From the IMG/VR virus record IMGVR_UViG_2693429508_000009: 7,885 bases of DNA; one strand, written 5' to 3'. This document shows positions 6,107 to 7,885 of the stretch, piece by piece. The notes beneath the pieces are model-generated. The model did not search any database. It was given only the letters and a program-made list of their open reading frames with translations, and was not told the DNA's origin. Origin of the DNA: a virus. Lineage: Duplodnaviria; Heunggongvirae; Uroviricota; Caudoviricetes. A program made the translations under genes and the position numbers. How positions within the stretch are numbered: position 1 is the first letter of the stretch; every line of letters begins with the position of its first letter.

Positions 6107-6291
6107 ATACATATCTGGATTATCACCTGTTACGGTAAAAAGTGATTGCTTACTGTTTTTGTGAATGGCATTGCAGCAGCCGGATAATGTCAGTGCTGGC
6201 TGACGGTGTGCTGGTGGCGGGTGTGGTGGTTGTTGCTTTCCCGTTGCTGAAAAAGAAAACGCCAGACTGTTAGCCGGGTATCAGTTAGCGG
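6034..6291. repeat. 258-bp exact direct repeat, copy A (ends at the N gap)
   Basis: Identical by eye to 6612-6869; copy A runs into the N run at 6292 and copy B starts right after the 5-N run. This is the pattern of unmerged contig-end overlap in a scaffold. Confidence 0.85.
6187..6273 (+). CDS. possible 28-aa hydrophobic peptide (MSVLADGVLVAGVVVVAFPLLKKKTPDC); a second identical copy at 6765-6851 lies within repeat copy B
   Basis: ATG 6187 to TAG 6271-6273. Hydrophobic core followed by a KKK cluster (single-TM-like). Weak or absent SD; too short for statistical support. Confidence 0.2.
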   Translation: MSVLADGVLVAGVVVVAFPLLKKKTPDC

Positions 6292-6503
6292 NNNNNNNNN
6301 NNNNNNNNNNNNNNNNNNNNNNNNNNNNNNNNNNNNNNNNNNNNNNNNNNNNNNNNNNNNNNNNNNNNNNNNNNNNNNNNNNNNNNNNNNNNNNNNNNNN
6401 NNNNNNNNNNNNNNNNNNNNNNNNNNNNNNNNNNNNNNNNNNNNNNNNNNNNNNNNNNNNNNNNNNNNNNNNNNNNNNNNNNNNNNNNNNNNNNNNNNNN
6501 NNN
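6292..6503. other. assembly gap (run of N); single N at 3624 and 5 N at 6607-6611 are further joins
   Basis: Unresolved bases in the sequence itself. Confidence 0.95.
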
Positions 6504-6577
6504 CCCTTTAGCTCAGTGGTGAGAGCGAGCGACTCATAATCGCCAGGTCGCTGGTTCAAATCCAGCAAGGGCCACCA
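6502..6577 (+). tRNA. second tRNA-Ile(CAU) copy on a small placed fragment (first 2 nt masked by N)
   Basis: 6504-6577 is identical to the tRNA at 5392-5465. The 3' flank (6578-6606) differs from the first copy's flank at three positions, so this is a paralogous copy, probably from another prophage, inserted between the gaps. Confidence 0.7.
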
Positions 6578-6611
6578 TCACATACCGCCATTAGCTCATC
6601 AGGAAANNNNN

Positions 6612-6869
6612 TCTTGTTCAGGAGTACAACAGAATAGCCAGGACCTGTGGTATGGATGAACTTCGGATTACTCATCTGGGGTAGATACATATCTGGATTA
6701 TCACCTGTTACGGTAAAAAGTGATTGCTTACTGTTTTTGTGAATGGCATTGCAGCAGCCGGATAATGTCAGTGCTGGCTGACGGTGTGCTGGTGGCGGGT
6801 GTGGTGGTTGTTGCTTTCCCGTTGCTGAAAAAGAAAACGCCAGACTGTTAGCCGGGTATCAGTTAGCGG
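6612..6869. repeat. 258-bp exact direct repeat, copy B
   Basis: Identical to 6034-6291; unique sequence resumes at 6870. Confidence 0.85.
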
Positions 6870-7076
6870 GAGAAATTTTTAAATACTTCACAATTCAGGC
6901 GGTTGACTGTTGTCTGGTTTGCGGGGAGTTTGTTAAAAGAAACTGGCATGGTGAATCCCCCTGTGCGGAGGGGCAATCAGCGAGTAGGTATATGGGATAA
7001 TCGCGGATTCAGGTGCTGGTACTGAATTCACCGGGAGGCACCCGGCACCATGCAATGGCACATAGCGCCACTCTCC

Positions 7077-7111
7077 AGCCCCTCTCCGGAGGGGCTGTTT
7101 ATATTGATTTT
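7077..7111 (+). terminator. stem-loop with U-rich tail (probable + strand terminator closing the tRNA/cargo transcript)
   Basis: AGCCCCT (7077-7083), loop CTCCGG, AGGGGCT (7090-7096), followed by GTTTATATTGATTTT. Confidence 0.5.
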
Positions 7112-7131
7112 GTCAGATGTGAGTAAACTCC

Positions 7132-7467
7132 TTATGGACTTTGTTGTTTTAGTCCATAAGGACATATTTGCAGAGTGCAACGGTTATTAAAGCATTCATT
7201 CAATACGTTATCTGTATTTGTAGGGCATTCCTGGCTGTTTTTGATTAAATTCCAGAATGTTTTATTGAATGGTACTACGTTGTAAATGGTTACAGGTAGC
7301 ACTTTGTTATTGAGCATGATGCCTGTGTGAGTCAGTGTAAATATACTTTCAGGAGGTAAGAAAGCATCCGATTGATACCAGATTATTAATTTTATTTTAC
7401 TCCATATGACTGAAAAAGATATTCCGCATGATGGCTGGATAACTGTATCAATCACAATCCACTTCAT
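7132..7467 (-). CDS. hypothetical 111-aa protein encoded in AT-rich DNA (moron-like); five Cys, four of them in the C-terminal third
   Basis: Minus-strand ORF with SD AAGGA 6 nt upstream of its ATG (plus 7465-7467). AT-rich DNA is stop-codon-rich, so a 111-codon ORF here is unlikely by chance. A 270-bp AT-rich upstream region (7468-7727) and hairpins at its 3' end (7130-7161) fit an autonomous transcription unit. Family not recognised. Confidence 0.4.
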   Translation of the reverse strand: MKWIVIDTVIQPSCGISFSVIWSKIKLIIWYQSDAFLPPESIFTLTHTGIMLNNKVLPVTIYNVVPFNKTFWNLIKNSQECPTNTDNVLNECFNNRCTLQICPYGLKQQSP

Positions 7468-7727
7468 TTAGTTTCCTTGTTTATGCCTTGCTGGTGATGT
7501 TCTGAAAAGTATAAATGATATTTTTGAATGTAAACCATAGAGCAGAATTATTTTTCTGATGTTGTTTATTGTTTATTTAAATGCAGGGTGGTTTATATCT
7601 CGTCTTGTAGTTTATCCATGCATATCTGCTTGATAATCAGGTTTTTATTTAAGGTATGGTTTTGTGTTTTTTCTGTATTACATGTCAGGTATTTTAAAGA
7701 ATTATTTTTCAGATGGTGGAAAGAACC

Positions 7728-7885
7728 ATGGCATTTAAACACTATGATGTTGTCAGGGCGGCGCCGCCGTCAGATCTTGCGGAAAAGCTGACACATAAAC
7801 TGAAAGAGGGCTGGCAGCCGTTTGGTAGTCCGGTGGCCATAACCCCTTATACCCTGAGGTGTACTGGCAATAGCGGACACTACCA
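7728..7885 (+). CDS. 5' end of a phage protein of unknown function (MAFKHYDVVRAAPPSDLAEKLTHKLKEGWQPFGSPVAITPYTL...), runs off the window
   Basis: ATG 7728 with GGTGGA 8 nt upstream; frame open to the window end (52 codons); normal-GC composition resumes here. Resembles small conserved proteins found near lysis cassettes in E. coli prophages, from memory only. Confidence 0.55.
   Translation, partial: MAFKHYDVVRAAPPSDLAEKLTHKLKEGWQPFGSPVAITPYTLRCTGNSGHY
7855..7885. repeat. right copy of the 31-bp inverted repeat (partner 21-51)
   Basis: See partner entry; this copy lies inside the coding sequence of the gene starting at 7728. Confidence 0.9.

Noticed and set aside
6281-6568. Minus-strand ORF containing a long run of X
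   Set aside because: It spans the N gap and the antisense of the tRNA-Ile copy; an artefact of translating unresolved bases.
7050-7193. + strand 47-codon ORF starting at ATG 7050
   Set aside because: It reads straight through the 7077-7111 terminator hairpin and the 7130-7161 hairpin and has no SD; more likely structured non-coding RNA/DNA.
7588-7791. + strand 67-aa ORF from the ORF track
   Set aside because: Starts in the AT-rich intergenic region and overlaps the SD-supported gene at 7728 in a different frame; Phe/Leu-rich translation typical of AT-rich noise.
1-7885. CRISPR arrays, insertion sequences or transposases, integrase/attachment sites, rRNA
   Set aside because: No spaced direct-repeat arrays, no transposase- or integrase-like ORFs and no rRNA-like sequence were seen; the only repeats are the rusA/Q paralogy, the 258-bp assembly overlap and the 31-bp terminal inverted repeat.

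Overview
This window looks like the nin/late-regulatory region of a lambdoid (Stx-phage-like) enterobacterial prophage, read left to right on the + strand. It contains a run of small translationally coupled early ORFs, a Hok/Gef-family type I toxin gene with its own terminator, two small hypothetical ORFs, a DUF968-like protein with an HNH-like Cys/His motif, two diverged copies of the RusA Holliday-junction resolvase, and the late antiterminator Q with a pR'-like promoter and tR'-like terminator, followed by phage-borne tRNA-Ile(CAU) and tRNA-Arg(UCU). Where Stx phages carry stx, there is instead lower-GC cargo with unassigned ORFs: a 117-aa ORF, a 28-aa hydrophobic peptide, and a 111-aa cysteine-containing minus-strand ORF bracketed by hairpins. 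The window ends with the 5' end of a + strand phage gene. I found no clearly novel multi-gene system; the stx-slot cargo is the best candidate for something undescribed. The window has N runs (3624; 6292-6503; 6607-6611), an exact 258-bp duplication flanking the gaps, and a stray near-identical tRNA-Ile fragment. I read these as scaffold joins between contigs from paralogous prophages, so adjacency across them, including the apparent rusA-Q duplication, needs verification. No CRISPR array, rRNA, transposase/IS element or stx gene was seen. All family assignments are from reading motifs and recalled sequences, not from database searches.
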